Shown: positions 31,982-40,242 of the stretch, in pieces
Layout: every line of letters starts with the position of its first letter
Numbering within the stretch: the first letter of the stretch is position 1
Origin: an uncultured Solibacteraceae bacterium
GTDB lineage: Bacteria; Acidobacteriota; Terriglobia; Bryobacterales; Bryobacteraceae
Assembly (NCBI GenBank): GCA_964461995.1
Contig: CAYWXL010000013.1
Span: 18,039-82,038, forward strand
Length of the DNA: 64,000 bases
Reading direction: 5' to 3'
Position numbers and translations under genes: made by a program
The notes under the pieces: model-generated
Seen by the model: the letters and a program-made list of their open reading frames with translations, nothing else
What the model was told of the DNA's origin: nothing
Databases searched by the model: none

Positions 31982-33343
31982 ATGGAGCTGCGTCAGGGGC
32001 TCCCCACAGTAGTGATTCTGGGGCGTCCCAATGTCGGCAAGTCCACCCTCTTCAACCGTATCCTGGGCAATCGGCGGTCCATCGTGGGTGACGAGCCGGG
32101 AATCACCCGCGACCGCATTACTGGAGAGGCCGAGTTCCGGGGCAAGTACTTCCGCCTGATCGATACTGGGGGCCTTGTCGTCCACGAAGACGAGGCAATC
32201 CCGGCCGAGATCTTCCGCCAGGCCCGAAAGGCGATCGAGGAGGCGGATCAGATTATCTTCCTGATCGACGGGCGCGCCGAGATCACGGGGACAGACCGGG
32301 AGCTCGCCCAGATGCTGCAGAGGCTGGGCAAACCTGTAACCGTAGCCGTAAACAAGATCGATGTGCCCTCCCGTGAGAGCTTGGCGCACGAATTCTTCAG
32401 CCTCGGATTCCAGAACTTGTTCGCTGTGTCCGCCGAGCACGGGCTCGGGGTGGAGGAACTACTGGAGCACGTGACGCGGGACTTCCCGGAGGCCGAGGCA
32501 GAAAGGGGCGAGGCTCTCCAGCTCTGCATCAAGGTGGCGATCGTAGGCCGGCCGAACGTAGGCAAATCCACGTTGCTGAACGCGCTGACAGGGGGCGACC
32601 GGGCGATCGTCTCATCGGTTCCCGGGACCACTCGGGACGCCGTCGATGAGTCTGTCCTGCGCGATGGCGTCCGGTACGTTTTCGTGGACACTGCCGGGAT
32701 CCGCCGCAAGGGCAAGACCCGGCTCATGGCTGAAAAGCTGAGCGTCGTGATGGCCCAGCGGCACCTCCGGATGGCGCAGGTCGTGCTGCTGGTCTTGGAT
32801 GCTACGACAGGCGTCGTGAATCTGGACGCGACAATCGGCGGCTACGCTCATGAGAGCGGAAGGTCGATCATCTTGTGCGTGAACAAGTGGGATGCAGCGC
32901 CGAACAAGGACAAAGCCGCGTTCATCGAGCAGCTTCGCTGGCAGCTCAAGTTTCTCGACTACGCCCCCATCGCTTTTCTCTCGGCAAAGACCGGAGCCGG
33001 CGTCAGCCAGCTTTTCCCGCTGATCCGAAGAGGGTACGAGGCGGCGTCGAAACGCATCCCAACGGGGGAACTCAACCGGTTTCTGCAATCTTTGGAGTTG
33101 GAGAAAGACCTGCATGTGAAGTACATGACGCAGGTCTCGGTCAGGCCGCCGACCTTTGTGGTATTCACGGACCAGGTGCGGGAGCTGCATTTCTCCACGC
33201 AGCGCTACATCGCCAACCAGATCCGGAAAGAGTTCGGGTTTCCAGGCACGCCGATCGTCATCAAGGAGCGCACCAAGCCGAAACGTGAGTTCAAGGGCGG
33301 CGAACGCAAGCCAGTCCGCCGGTCCCGCGGGAAGCCGCGTTAG
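31982..33343 (+). CDS. der: Ribosome-biogenesis GTPase Der (EngA)
   Basis: Two G domains (GRPNVGKSTLFNRI...DTGG; GRPNVGKSTLLNAL...DTAG...NKWD) plus a KH-like C-terminus. The track start at 31928 would overlap the kinase 3' end. Confidence 0.9.
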   Translation: MELRQGLPTVVILGRPNVGKSTLFNRILGNRRSIVGDEPGITRDRITGEAEFRGKYFRLIDTGGLVVHEDEAIPAEIFRQARKAIEEADQIIFLIDGRAEITGTDRELAQMLQRLGKPVTVAVNKIDVPSRESLAHEFFSLGFQNLFAVSAEHGLGVEELLEHVTRDFPEAEAERGEALQLCIKVAIVGRPNVGKSTLLNALTGGDRAIVSSVPGTTRDAVDESVLRDGVRYVFVDTAGIRRKGKTRLMAEKLSVVMAQRHLRMAQVVLLVLDATTGVVNLDATIGGYAHESGRSIILCVNKWDAAPNKDKAAFIEQLRWQLKFLDYAPIAFLSAKTGAGVSQLFPLIRRGYEAASKRIPTGELNRFLQSLELEKDLHVKYMTQVSVRPPTFVVFTDQVRELHFSTQRYIANQIRKEFGFPGTPIVIKERTKPKREFKGGERKPVRRSRGKPR

Positions 33344-33394
33344 GTTTCTCGACCGGGCGTAGTAGGAGCGTCGTCGTCCTGGGCAACGGCAGGA

Positions 33395-34759
33395 TTACCC
33401 GAGACTCACGCGCGGGTCGGGCTCCTCCCAGGCGTCGGCCCGGGTGCGGCGCCGCCGGTGTTTGCGGTACGGTTTCAGGCCCATGTTACCCAGCACGATG
33501 TAGCCGGCGAATCCCGCGGCACAGGCCAGCACGGCAGCGGGCTGAGCCAGACGCTGGAAATGCTCCGGTATCGGCATCAGGTGCAGCGTGCCGGCCAGGA
33601 CGCCGAGGACCCAGGCGCCGAAGCCCGCGTAGTTGACGCCTGGGCGGGTATGAGGCCAGCGCCGCTCGTGTTGCCAATAGTCGGCCGCCATGATGCCGCA
33701 CAAAGGGGCGCAGAGTGCTCCGGTGACGGTGATGAAAAGCGAAAGATTTCCTGGAAGGCCGGACAAGGCGGTCAGAGCGGCGACGGCGGCGGCCGCCGCG
33801 GTGAGCGCAGGACGCGGGAGGCCGGGGAACATCACCTTGAAGCTGTCAACAGCGAGCCAGGCGATAAACCATGAGGCGGGCGCTGCGCCAGCCAGCAAGA
33901 ACACGGGAATCAACGTGGCCGCAGCGCCGCCGAGGCCGGCGGCGGAGGACAGGAAGGCGAGTCTTTGTATGTCCGGATTCAAGGCCTTGGCGCCAGCGAC
34001 GGTGAGCAGAGCCAACAGGCCGGCCCCGACGGCCGGAGCCGCGATGCTCAGTAGCCCTGTCCGCCGAAGGTCACGCTTCGACGGAAGGTAGCGGGTCACC
34101 GCCGGAGAGACCGCAGCGAAGGGAGCGAAGAAGGCGGTCACCAGATGCACTGTGTAAGCGAAGCCGAAGAGAGGTTCCGGCAGTTCCATCTCCCACTCCG
34201 CTATACCGGGGCCCGCAGCGATGAGGCCCGCAAAGAGTGCGAAAATCGCGAGAGCTCCCAGGACAAAGGCGACGATCGCAATTCTTCGGAGGCCTGCGTG
34301 GGCCGCAGCGGCGAATGCCGCGATCCAAACCACGGCAATTCCTGCGCGCACCGCCGCGGCGGCGCCCTGTTCAACGCGGAGCAGGATGGCTACCGTCTCG
34401 CCTACGTAATAGCCAGCCGTTCCCAGCCATGCGGAGACCACCAGCGCGAGGAGCGGGCCGGGGATCACGAGACCGCCCCGGCTGCCGAAGGTCGAGCTCC
34501 CGAGCACCCCGGCGGGATAGCCGGTTTGCATTCCCATGGCGCCGGGGATCAGGAAGAACAGAAAGTGGCTGGCGAGGGCGCCGGCCAACAGTCCCAGAAA
34601 GACCGTGCCGTAGGGAGCGCGATCCACGGTGCCGGAGGCAAGGTCCTGATAATAGCCGACCCAAAGGAACAGCGCGACGAAGCAAGGCAAAGCCCACCGG
34701 TACCACGGAGTGCGGTTTGTCGGTGGGTTCGGTTTGGTCTTGACAAGATAGGCACGCAT
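33395..34759 (-). CDS. Polytopic membrane transporter (possibly NCS1 / purine-cytosine-permease-like)
   Basis: About 12 hydrophobic segments across roughly 450 aa. ATG at 34759 gives MRAYLVKTK; the track TTG at 34831 is less likely. The family assignment is tentative. Confidence 0.5.
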   Translation of the reverse strand: MRAYLVKTKPNPPTNRTPWYRWALPCFVALFLWVGYYQDLASGTVDRAPYGTVFLGLLAGALASHFLFFLIPGAMGMQTGYPAGVLGSSTFGSRGGLVIPGPLLALVVSAWLGTAGYYVGETVAILLRVEQGAAAAVRAGIAVVWIAAFAAAAHAGLRRIAIVAFVLGALAIFALFAGLIAAGPGIAEWEMELPEPLFGFAYTVHLVTAFFAPFAAVSPAVTRYLPSKRDLRRTGLLSIAAPAVGAGLLALLTVAGAKALNPDIQRLAFLSSAAGLGGAAATLIPVFLLAGAAPASWFIAWLAVDSFKVMFPGLPRPALTAAAAAVAALTALSGLPGNLSLFITVTGALCAPLCGIMAADYWQHERRWPHTRPGVNYAGFGAWVLGVLAGTLHLMPIPEHFQRLAQPAAVLACAAGFAGYIVLGNMGLKPYRKHRRRRTRADAWEEPDPRVSLG

Positions 34760-34827
34760 CGGCGTCTGTTTTCCGCGTTTCGCTCGAGCGCCCGGACCAG
34801 TCTGATCTGGGCGAAAACGAAGAGAAC

Positions 34828-35370
34828 TCAACCGCCAGGTGCGTCCGGCTCACCAGTTCCCGCCAGATCCTCGATCTTTGTTCCGTGACAATCGATCCGC
34901 TGGGGGATCGACCGGCGCATAGACACCTGATCCTCCCGAGCGCCGGGATCTCTTCCCGGCCCCTCACGGGCGGTGGCCGGTCTTGACTCGACGCGAGCCG
35001 CGTCCCGCATGAATTCCAGCAGAAGCGTCTCTAGCGGGGCCACGAGGCGATCGAGATCAGGCCGGTTCAGCGAGCTACAGAAGTGGCGGGGGGACATCGA
35101 CTCGAGCACTACTCCACGCTCGTCCTGGATCGCCGCAATCCGGCATGGCAGAAACGCCGCAAATCGGATGTCGGCGGCGAGCAATGCTCCGTAGAGCTCG
35201 GTATGGCAGATGCCGAACGAGATTGCGGCCTGGGCGGACCGGCGGGCCTCTTCGCTCAGCAAGGCGTCGAACGGCGTGATCGAAATGACATGAATGCCGT
35301 GTTGAGGGGCGACGCGCGATAGAGCGCCTTCTACCTCATGCAATTTGAGTCCCGACGTTACTTGAATCAT
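34828..35370 (-). CDS. DUF302-like domain protein
   Basis: FGICHTELYGALL...AAFLPCRIAAIQDE resembles the DUF302 core. The ATG at 35370 is preceded by GGGAGG. The track start at 35391 lies in an 11-nt duplicate of the start region. Confidence 0.5.
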   Translation of the reverse strand: MIQVTSGLKLHEVEGALSRVAPQHGIHVISITPFDALLSEEARRSAQAAISFGICHTELYGALLAADIRFAAFLPCRIAAIQDERGVVLESMSPRHFCSSLNRPDLDRLVAPLETLLLEFMRDAARVESRPATAREGPGRDPGAREDQVSMRRSIPQRIDCHGTKIEDLAGTGEPDAPGG

Positions 35371-35464
35371 CCCGCCTCCCACTTGAATCATACTCCACGG
35401 GGTGCAGTCCCCGAAAGAAATGGATCCCTGCGGTTCGGCGCGTCCGAGTGTGGAGACCGCGTTT

Positions 35465-36169
35465 TCACGGGGTGCGGCTGACGTAGAAGTCTACGTTTAC
35501 TACAGGGGTGGTCTGAAGGCGGCGCGCGACTGTGCTGAAGGCGAGCAGAGAGCGGGCTTCCGAGAGAGTTCTCGCGGCGTTTGCCGTGACGGTGAGACGG
35601 TAGCGATCCGCCTGGTAGGAATAGCTGTAATCGATATAACGGAGGTTACCCGCACGAGCCAGATCCACGAGTACGTCCCAGAAGCTCCGGCGGCGCAACC
35701 AAGGCCTCTTGACCAGAGCGTCTTGGCGCAGCTCAAGCGCGCCGCCGTGGGCGAAGTGCAGTACGATGATTCGGCAATGCTCTGGAGCAAAAGGGCGGTC
35801 GGGGTCGGGGTCGGGATAGCGGCGAAAGAGGGCGGCGAGTTCAGTATCGTCGGGTGAACAGCTCTCCCAGCGGTATCGTGAGGCCCCGGCCACAAGCGTC
35901 CCGCTCTCGAGCAGCCTCCGCACACGATCCGCATCTTTGCCGACCTGCGCAACGATCGCATCCATGAGTTCCTGAATCGGCATCTCACGGACCACGGCGG
36001 GCGTAATGCTGATCGCCCCGGCTTCGTCCGAGAGCAGCCTGACTCGAATTACCTTGGGCAGCGGCATGGCTTCGGGGAGGAAGGAAGTCTCTCCGTTCAT
36101 CATATCCGCAACCGTGCGGCAGGGAGGCCGGCTCCCGGAAGGGACCGGTGCGGCGGAGGCCAGCGGCAT
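35465..36169 (-). CDS. Hypothetical protein
   Basis: 234-aa ORF with coding-like composition and no recognised domain. Start uncertain (internal MMNGETS...). Confidence 0.4.
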   Translation of the reverse strand: MPLASAAPVPSGSRPPCRTVADMMNGETSFLPEAMPLPKVIRVRLLSDEAGAISITPAVVREMPIQELMDAIVAQVGKDADRVRRLLESGTLVAGASRYRWESCSPDDTELAALFRRYPDPDPDRPFAPEHCRIIVLHFAHGGALELRQDALVKRPWLRRRSFWDVLVDLARAGNLRYIDYSYSYQADRYRLTVTANAARTLSEARSLLAFSTVARRLQTTPVVNVDFYVSRTP

Positions 36170-36225
36170 CGTACAATACTCGCCGTAGCCTCAGCTTTCG
36201 GTTGCCGCCGAGAGGGTCATGGACG

Positions 36226-36546
36226 ATGGTTACGAGCGCCGGCAACGACTCTACCGACGCCCTTCTTGAGAAAGTGCGCCGCGAGCTGCGCCGGTATCGT
36301 CACTTGGTGCTCGATTTCGGCGCCGAGCCGTCCGGCGATGGGGGAATCGACCTGGTGATCCGTTTCCGTGAACCTCCGCCCGGAGCCCACATCTACCGCG
36401 CGCCGTTGCATCCACGCGACGTCGCTTCCAGCCAGTTCTCGTGGAACTTGCAGCGCTACCTGTATGACTGCATGCACGACTATCTGGTGGAACTTTTCCT
36501 GTTCACTCCCCAGAGCCGGCAAGAGGGCGCACAGCAGGGTTCGTGA
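36226..36546 (+). CDS. Hypothetical small protein, translationally coupled to the downstream methyltransferase
   Basis: ATG at 36226 (MVTSAGND...). Its stop TGA at 36544-36546 overlaps the GTG/ATG start of the next gene (cGTGATGa). No domain recognised. Confidence 0.4.
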   Translation: MVTSAGNDSTDALLEKVRRELRRYRHLVLDFGAEPSGDGGIDLVIRFREPPPGAHIYRAPLHPRDVASSQFSWNLQRYLYDCMHDYLVELFLFTPQSRQEGAQQGS

Positions 36547-37514
36547 TGACCCCGGCGGCTGAGATCCTTCGCGACGAGATTTCCAAGAGCGGACCTGTGC
36601 CGTTCAGCCGGTTCATGGAGATCGCGCTGTACGACCCCGCCCACGGCTACTACCGGCGAGGGCGGGATCCCTTCGGCAAGGACGGAGACTACTATACGGC
36701 CGCGCAGGTCCAACCGGTTTTCGGGCTGCTGGTCAGACGCATCGTCGAGTCGTTATGGGAAGAGGAAGGGCGTCCCCAGACATGGCAGGTCATCGACCTA
36801 GGGGCGGGCCGTGAAGAGATGGGGGAGTTCTTTGGCGGCTTCGAATATACCGCGGTGGAAGTGGGCGACCCGTTTCCGGAAGCGGTTCGCGGGGTCGTGC
36901 TGGCCAACGAGTTCTTTGACGCTCTCCCAGTGGACGTTGCGGTGCGGTGCGACGACGGGTTTCGGCAACGAAGGGTCGGTTGGAAAGAGGGGCGGTTCGT
37001 TTGGGAGGAATGCGACGATCTGCCGGACGAAGCCCTGGCCTACCTGGAGAGATTCGCTCCGAAGGTTCCGCCCCGTACGGTGGTCGAAATCGGATTGGAA
37101 TGGCTGCGGTGGATCGACCGCATAGGATTGCGGCTGGAGTCGGGGTACGTCCTCATTCTCGATTACGGCTACGACGCCGCCGAGCGGATCCGCTTCCCGG
37201 AGGGCACGTTGATGAGCTACCGGCGGCATATGGCCATCGAAGATGTACTGGCGAATCCGGGCGGGCAGGACATCACCGCCCACGTTTGCTGGACGGCTCT
37301 TGAGAATCAGGCGCGGGAGCGCGGGCTGACAAGGATTCGCCGCGAGACAATGAGCACCACACTGTTGCGCGCCGGCGAGACAGACGGGTTCGCAAGCGTT
37401 TTGGACGGGCTAGAAGAGCCGGAGCGCCGCCGTCGGCTGCTTCAAATCAAGACTCTCGTCGTCGGGATGGGGGAAACCTTCCAAACGTTGCTGCTCGCTT
37501 CGGGGCGGACATAA
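36543..37514 (+). CDS. SAM-dependent methyltransferase, MidA/NDUFAF7 (DUF185) family
   Basis: GPVPFSRFMEIALYDPAHGYY...G..GDYYTAAQV..VFG is the typical MidA N-terminus, followed by the methyltransferase glycine-rich DLGAG. Confidence 0.8.
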   Translation: MMTPAAEILRDEISKSGPVPFSRFMEIALYDPAHGYYRRGRDPFGKDGDYYTAAQVQPVFGLLVRRIVESLWEEEGRPQTWQVIDLGAGREEMGEFFGGFEYTAVEVGDPFPEAVRGVVLANEFFDALPVDVAVRCDDGFRQRRVGWKEGRFVWEECDDLPDEALAYLERFAPKVPPRTVVEIGLEWLRWIDRIGLRLESGYVLILDYGYDAAERIRFPEGTLMSYRRHMAIEDVLANPGGQDITAHVCWTALENQARERGLTRIRRETMSTTLLRAGETDGFASVLDGLEEPERRRRLLQIKTLVVGMGETFQTLLLASGRT

Positions 37515-37539
37515 AAGCGGCCCCGGAAGCCGGGGCCGC
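37513..37539 (-). terminator. Intrinsic terminator for the H1-like gene, between convergent genes
   Basis: GCGGCCCCGG/CCGGGGCCGC 10-bp GC stem (37517-37526 pairs with 37530-37539). On the minus strand it is followed by a TTTT tract (complement of 37513-37516). Confidence 0.6.
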
Positions 37540-37575
37540 GGGGACGAACCTTTGTTTGATCGGGCTGCGAGGGCG

Positions 37576-37815
37576 CTACTTCTTCTTCGCTGTGGCTTTC
37601 TTCTTCGTCGCTTTCTTGGTAGCCTTCTTGACGGCCTTCTTCACGGTCTTCTTGGCAGCCTTCTTCACCGTTTTCTTGGCGGCCTTCTTCGTGGCTTTCT
37701 TCGCAGCGGTCTTCTTAGCAGCCTTCTTCTTCGTCGCAGCGGCCTTCTTCACAGCCTTCTTCGCAGCGGCCTTCTTGGTGGCCTTCTTCGCAGCCTTCTT
37801 GGTTGCGTACTTCAT
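37576..37815 (-). CDS. Histone-H1-like Lys/Ala-rich DNA-binding protein
   Basis: ATG at 37815 is preceded by GGGAGA 8 nt upstream. The product MKYATKKAAKKATKKAAAKKAVKKAAATKKKAAKKT... is about 79 aa of (A/T/V)KKAAKK repeats. The track start at 37902 lies upstream of the predicted promoter. Confidence 0.7.
   Translation of the reverse strand: MKYATKKAAKKATKKAAAKKAVKKAAATKKKAAKKTAAKKATKKAAKKTVKKAAKKTVKKAVKKATKKATKKKATAKKK
37590..37800. repeat. Imperfect tandem coding repeats (ggccttcttc / gcagccttctt units) encoding the KKAAKK tracts
   Basis: Read directly. Both strands give long low-complexity ORFs (K/A-rich on minus, F/L-rich on plus). Confidence 0.8.
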
Positions 37816-37873
37816 CGATCGATTCTCCCTAGACATCAAATTTGCGGCCTCAAGATGACCGCAGTGTGATTCA

Positions 37874-37902
37874 TATATAAGGTTGTTTGAAAGGAATGTC
37901 AA
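37874..37902 (-). promoter_or_regulatory. Near-consensus sigma70-type promoter for the H1-like gene
   Basis: The minus strand reads TTGACA (complement of 37897-37902), a 17-nt spacer, then TATATA (37874-37879). Lies about 58 nt upstream of the ATG. Confidence 0.55.
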
Positions 37903-37969
37903 GCAAAAAATGTCTCATCAGCAAGTCTGGTAGCAATGACGGCTTCTTTCGTCACCCGAAACGTTTGCG

Positions 37970-37986
37970 TCTACAATTGTTGTAGA
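37970..37986. promoter_or_regulatory. Inverted repeat TCTACAA-ttg-TTGTAGA immediately upstream of rlpA
   Basis: Perfect 7-bp arms read directly, ending 16 bp before the rlpA ATG at 38003. Confidence 0.35.
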
Positions 37987-38002
37987 ACATTTCCGACCGT
38001 TC

Positions 38003-38737
38003 ATGGAGTGGGCGATGGCTTCTGACAGCGACATCCATGCCGGGCGGCGGAAGTGGGTGGCGCTGTTCGCCGGCTGCGCGCTGTTGGCGGCGGCGACCGG
38101 TTGTCGCAAGCATCCTCCGCGCGTGGCTGTGCCGCCGCAGGTCGTATTGCCCGGAGAAGAAGTCGGTCTGGCAAGCTGGTACGGCCACCCCTACCACGGA
38201 CGCCGCACCGCCAGCGGCGAGATTTACGATATGAACCGGTACACCGCCGCGCACCGCACCCGGCCCTTCAACACCTGGGTGCGCGTACACAACCTGGAGA
38301 ACGGAAAGTGGGTGGACGTTCGGATCAATGACCGAGGGCCCTTCGTAGATGGCCGGATCATCGATCTATCTCGCGCTGCGGCGCGGGCCATCGGCATCAT
38401 AGGCCCGGGGACCGCGTGGGTACGGTTAGAGACCATCCCTGGTCCCGGGAGTCTTCCGGCGCCCGCGGCTGAGGGGTCGAAGGCCACGGTGCGTTTCGGG
38501 GTCCAAGTCGGAGCCTTCCGGAACCGCGCGAATGCGGAGCGGTTGGCTCGCAAGATGAGGCGGCGGTACGGTGATGTCCGTATCGAACGAAGGGGAGGGG
38601 ACCCTCCGGTGTGGCGGGTTGTCGTCGGCGGCTGGTCTACTGAAGAAGAAGCGCGATCCCGTGCGGCTGGTATGAAGGGCGTTGGGGGGGCGCCGTTCGT
38701 GGTTCGGCTGGACACGGATTCAGAGCCGGGAACGTAG
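38003..38737 (+). CDS. rlpA: Septal-ring lytic transglycosylase RlpA family lipoprotein with SPOR domain
   Basis: Lipobox LLAAATGC. DPBB region ASWYG...GRRTASGEIYD...AAH...PFNTWVRV.N..NGK.V.VRINDRGPF. C-terminal SPOR (FGVQVGAFRNRANAERL...WRVVVGGW). Confidence 0.85.
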   Translation: MEWAMASDSDIHAGRRKWVALFAGCALLAAATGCRKHPPRVAVPPQVVLPGEEVGLASWYGHPYHGRRTASGEIYDMNRYTAAHRTRPFNTWVRVHNLENGKWVDVRINDRGPFVDGRIIDLSRAAARAIGIIGPGTAWVRLETIPGPGSLPAPAAEGSKATVRFGVQVGAFRNRANAERLARKMRRRYGDVRIERRGGDPPVWRVVVGGWSTEEEARSRAAGMKGVGGAPFVVRLDTDSEPGT

Positions 38738-39117
38738 GGCGCCCGGGGCGATCCGCTTGCCGCAGGGTGCGCCGGGGATTGGGACTCGGAGCTTCCCATG
38801 TCTAAGGTTTTTCTCTAGCGGCCCACCCCCCGATTGCGGTGGAAGGGTCTAGAACCGATCCCCCACATGAGGCGTCGAGGACACCACATCAAAGGTTTGT
38901 AAGACAGTCTACTTGGGGTGTTCCCCTTAAGACAGATCTCCTGTAGATTCCTTTCTAGAAAACTTCACTATGTTCCTTATCAGGTTGGAGACGACAGCGG
39001 CTGCAGCGGAAAGGGAGTTCCGCCGGCAGCGCTTCGCCGTCCCTGAAGCGAATCCTGGCGGCCGCTGGGCCGCCCGGCCGGGAACCACCTGATGCTCATT
39101 GTGAATGCGGGAGTTGC

Positions 39118-40155
39118 ATGATGGCGGCAGACGTTGACAAGCGCAGTGCCCACCGCAGAATTGTGGGAGTCTCTGAAGCAATCCAGAAGACGATTCGGAT
39201 GGTTCAGAAAGTCGGCCGAGGACGGTGGCCGGTTCTGTTGTTAGGCGAGACCGGCACGGGGAAGGAGGTGGTGGCCCGCGCCATTCATGACGTGCAACCG
39301 ACGGGGCCCTTCGTGACGATCGACTGTTCTTCCCTGGTCGGGCCGCTGATGGAGACTGAGCTGTTCGGCCATGTGCGGGGCGCGTTCACCGGAGCGACGA
39401 TGTCGAAGATCGGCCTGATTGAACGCGCCAACGGGGGCACGGCGTTCTTTGACGAGATCGGGGAGTTGTCCCTGGACTTGCAAGCCAAGCTCTTGCGGGT
39501 GCTTCAAGAGAAAGAGTTCCGTCCGGTCGGATCGGTGACGCCGAGGCGCTCGGACTTCCGGATCATCGCGGCCACGAACCGGGACCTTGCCAAAGAAGTC
39601 GAGCGAGGGAACTTTCGCCGCGATCTTTATTACCGTTTGAACGTGGTCTGTTTGAAGTTGGCGCCGCTTCGCGAGCGCAAAGACGACATTCCGCCGTTGG
39701 TGGAGCACTTTCTCCGGCAGTACGGGACCGGACACCGATTCACCAAGGAAGCCATGGACGCGCTGATGGAATATGACTGGCCTGGCAACGTCCGCGAGCT
39801 GGAGAACTGCGTGCAGCACATGGTCGCCATTCACACCGGGCCGCTACTCCACGTTCACGATCTGCCTTCACCGATCCGGAACTTCCTGAACACGCGCCGC
39901 AAGCCGGCGGTTTCGGTGGCGGTTGGAGCCGGGGGCTCTCTCACCCAAGGGCGCGGGTTCCCGGATCCAGTCTTTCCGCCCAGTCCATCCGCGCCCGGCG
40001 ATCCGCCTGTCTTGCCGTTGGAGGAAGTCGAGAGGCGCGCCATCTTGCAGGCCTTGCAATACACGAAGGGGGACCGCGCCGTGGCCGCCAGCCTTTTGGG
40101 CATCGGGAGGACCACTTTGTACCGGAAGCTGAAGGAGTACTGCGTAGCCAGTTGA
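39118..40155 (+). CDS. Sigma54-dependent transcriptional activator lacking an N-terminal sensory domain (AAA+ plus Fis-type HTH only)
   Basis: The AAA+ domain begins about 12 aa from the start ([10 protein letters not shown]). Walker A GETGTGKE, the sigma54-contact GAFTGA loop, Walker B FFDEIGEL, and C-terminal [22 protein letters not shown]. Confidence 0.85.
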   Translation: MMAADVDKRSAHRRIVGVSEAIQKTIRMVQKVGRGRWPVLLLGETGTGKEVVARAIHDVQPTGPFVTIDCSSLVGPLMETELFGHVRGAFTGATMSKIGLIERANGGTAFFDEIGELSLDLQAKLLRVLQEKEFRPVGSVTPRRSDFRIIAATNRDLAKEVERGNFRRDLYYRLNVVCLKLAPLRERKDDIPPLVEHFLRQYGTGHRFTKEAMDALMEYDWPGNVRELENCVQHMVAIHTGPLLHVHDLPSPIRNFLNTRRKPAVSVAVGAGGSLTQGRGFPDPVFPPSPSAPGDPPVLPLEEVERRAILQALQYTKGDRAVAASLLGIGRTTLYRKLKEYCVAS

Positions 40156-40242
40156 GGCGCCAGTTTCGGCGAGATTAGTTGCTCTGCGAGGCTACCAGTT
40201 TTCAGAGGGCGGCAAGCCTTCTGACGGAAGAGAGCGAAGCCG

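Noticed and set aside
37552-37869. Plus-strand F/L-rich ORFs (105 and 100 aa) opposite the H1-like gene; also considered as a CRISPR-like repeat array
   Set aside because: They are the complement of the K/A repeat coding sequence. The promoter, SD and terminator all favour the minus strand. The repeats are short, imperfect and contiguous with no spacers, so this is not CRISPR.
38970-39092. 40-codon ORF (MFLIRLETTAAAAEREFRRQRF...) upstream of the sigma54 activator
   Set aside because: It has no SD and no recognisable motif. It is kept only as a possibility within the intergenic-gap finding.
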